Positions 59,210 through 64,000 of a stretch of 64,000 bases of DNA are shown piece by piece (position 1 is the first letter of the stretch; each line of letters opens with the position of its first letter). The notes beneath the pieces are model-generated. The model saw nothing but the letters and a program-made list of their open reading frames with translations. It had not been told where the DNA came from and made no database searches. The position numbers and the translations under genes were made by a program. Location of the stretch: assembly GCF_009914755.1 (NCBI RefSeq), contig NC_060940.1; one strand, given 5' to 3'. This stretch comes from the human T2T-CHM13v2.0 reference genome, Homo sapiens.

Positions 59210-62725
<3,516 letters not shown>

Positions 62726-62979
62726 ATATACTTGGTGAACTAGATTTCCCATGGTTCCCGGCTATGATGGGACAACTACCCCCAAAGAAAGTCCTCAGAA
62801 GGCAGAGCTCCCTCAGTCAGGAGCCATCACCCAGAAAGGAGACCAAAACCAGATGGTCTGGCCGGGTGCGGTGGCTCACACCTATAATCCCAGCACTTTG
62901 GGAGCCCGAGGTAGCTGGATCATCTGAGGTCAGGAGTTCCAGATCAGCCTGACCAACATGAAGAAACCTGTCTCTACTA

Positions 62980-63192
<213 letters not shown>

Positions 63193-63393
63193 TCAATATG
63201 CTGTGTCACCACACAGGAGGTGACACAGAGCAAGCTGTGCCTTCAGCTCACCCACCAACTTAGGCCCTCCCTTCTCACCAGCCCCTCTTGGCCAAAATGT
63301 TCAATGAAAGGAATCCTACAATCTGGCCCCTAGAAGACTCTGCCCAAGATGGTCTTGTCACCCATATTCTACCCAGGCCAGCAAGAAGCTCAC

Positions 63394-63573
63394 AATCGGA
63401 TCTGCCCCGTGGACAAGGCGCTGGCGATCCACAGAAGGTCCAGGACCTTGAAGGGCACCAGCACGAAGCTGACGTTGGCGGGCAGGTTCTTGGCACTCTC
63501 AGGGTACATGAAATGGTGGGTGGTTCGGCTGCCAACATCCTGCTCAAAGCCCACGGTTGGCGCCTGATTCATC
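63394..63573 (-). CDS. ST3GAL2: ST3GAL2 coding exon (C-terminal half of sialylmotif L); gene continues beyond the window
   Basis: Minus strand ctgcag|G ATG AAT CAG...CGA TT|gtgagc, 180 nt; [28 protein letters not shown]. Confidence 0.94.
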
Positions 63574-64000
63574 CTGCAGGGACAAGAGGGTGACATGAGA
63601 ATCAACTGCCATGGAAACTGATACAAGATTCTTAGAGGACAGTTCGAAGCCATCCATCAAAAATGCAAACGGGTGTATACTCCAACCTAGCAATTCCATT
63701 GCTAGAAATCTGCCCTATAAAAATGGTTACAAAGGTGTGCAAAGATGTGTATGAGGATATTCACTGCAGAATTATTTACAATAGTAACACCAGAATCAAT
63801 CAAACAGGCCAGGTGTGGTGGCTCACACATGTAATCCAGGCACTTTGGGAGGCCAAGGTGGATGGACTGCTTTGAGGTCAGGAGTTCGAGACCAGCCTTA
63901 GCCAACATGGCAAAACCCCATCTTTACTAAAAAAAAAAAAACAAATATAAAATTAGCTGGGCGTGGTGGCATGTACCTGTAATCCCAGCAACCTGGGAGA

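Overview
Alu-saturated primate genomic DNA, recognisable as the human chr16q22.1 DDX19B-DDX19A-ST3GAL2 locus. The + strand carries the last six coding exons (7-12) and 3' UTR of DDX19B (595-8603). It then carries the complete 12-exon DDX19A gene (ATG 22036 to TGA 47013; exons sum to 1437 nt = 478 aa, with all DEAD-box motifs) behind a CpG-island promoter. The - strand carries the last four coding exons and long 3' UTR of the sialyltransferase ST3GAL2, convergent with DDX19A. Nearly all other ORFs in the track are Alu-derived or antisense artefacts. I found no convincing new protein-coding system. The best non-obvious signals are: (1) a promoter-like array of five CCAAT boxes plus ETS sites in a CpG island just after the ST3GAL2 stop codon; (2) patchy gene-conversion tracts that homogenise DDX19A/B exons 8-12 and their introns but not exon 7; (3) a 170-bp templated inverted duplication in DDX19A intron 2; (4) a 33-nt tailless U2 snRNA retrocopy with a perfect target-site duplication; (5) repeated Alu insertion into the same target sites. 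Repeat family calls and boundaries are by eye and approximate.
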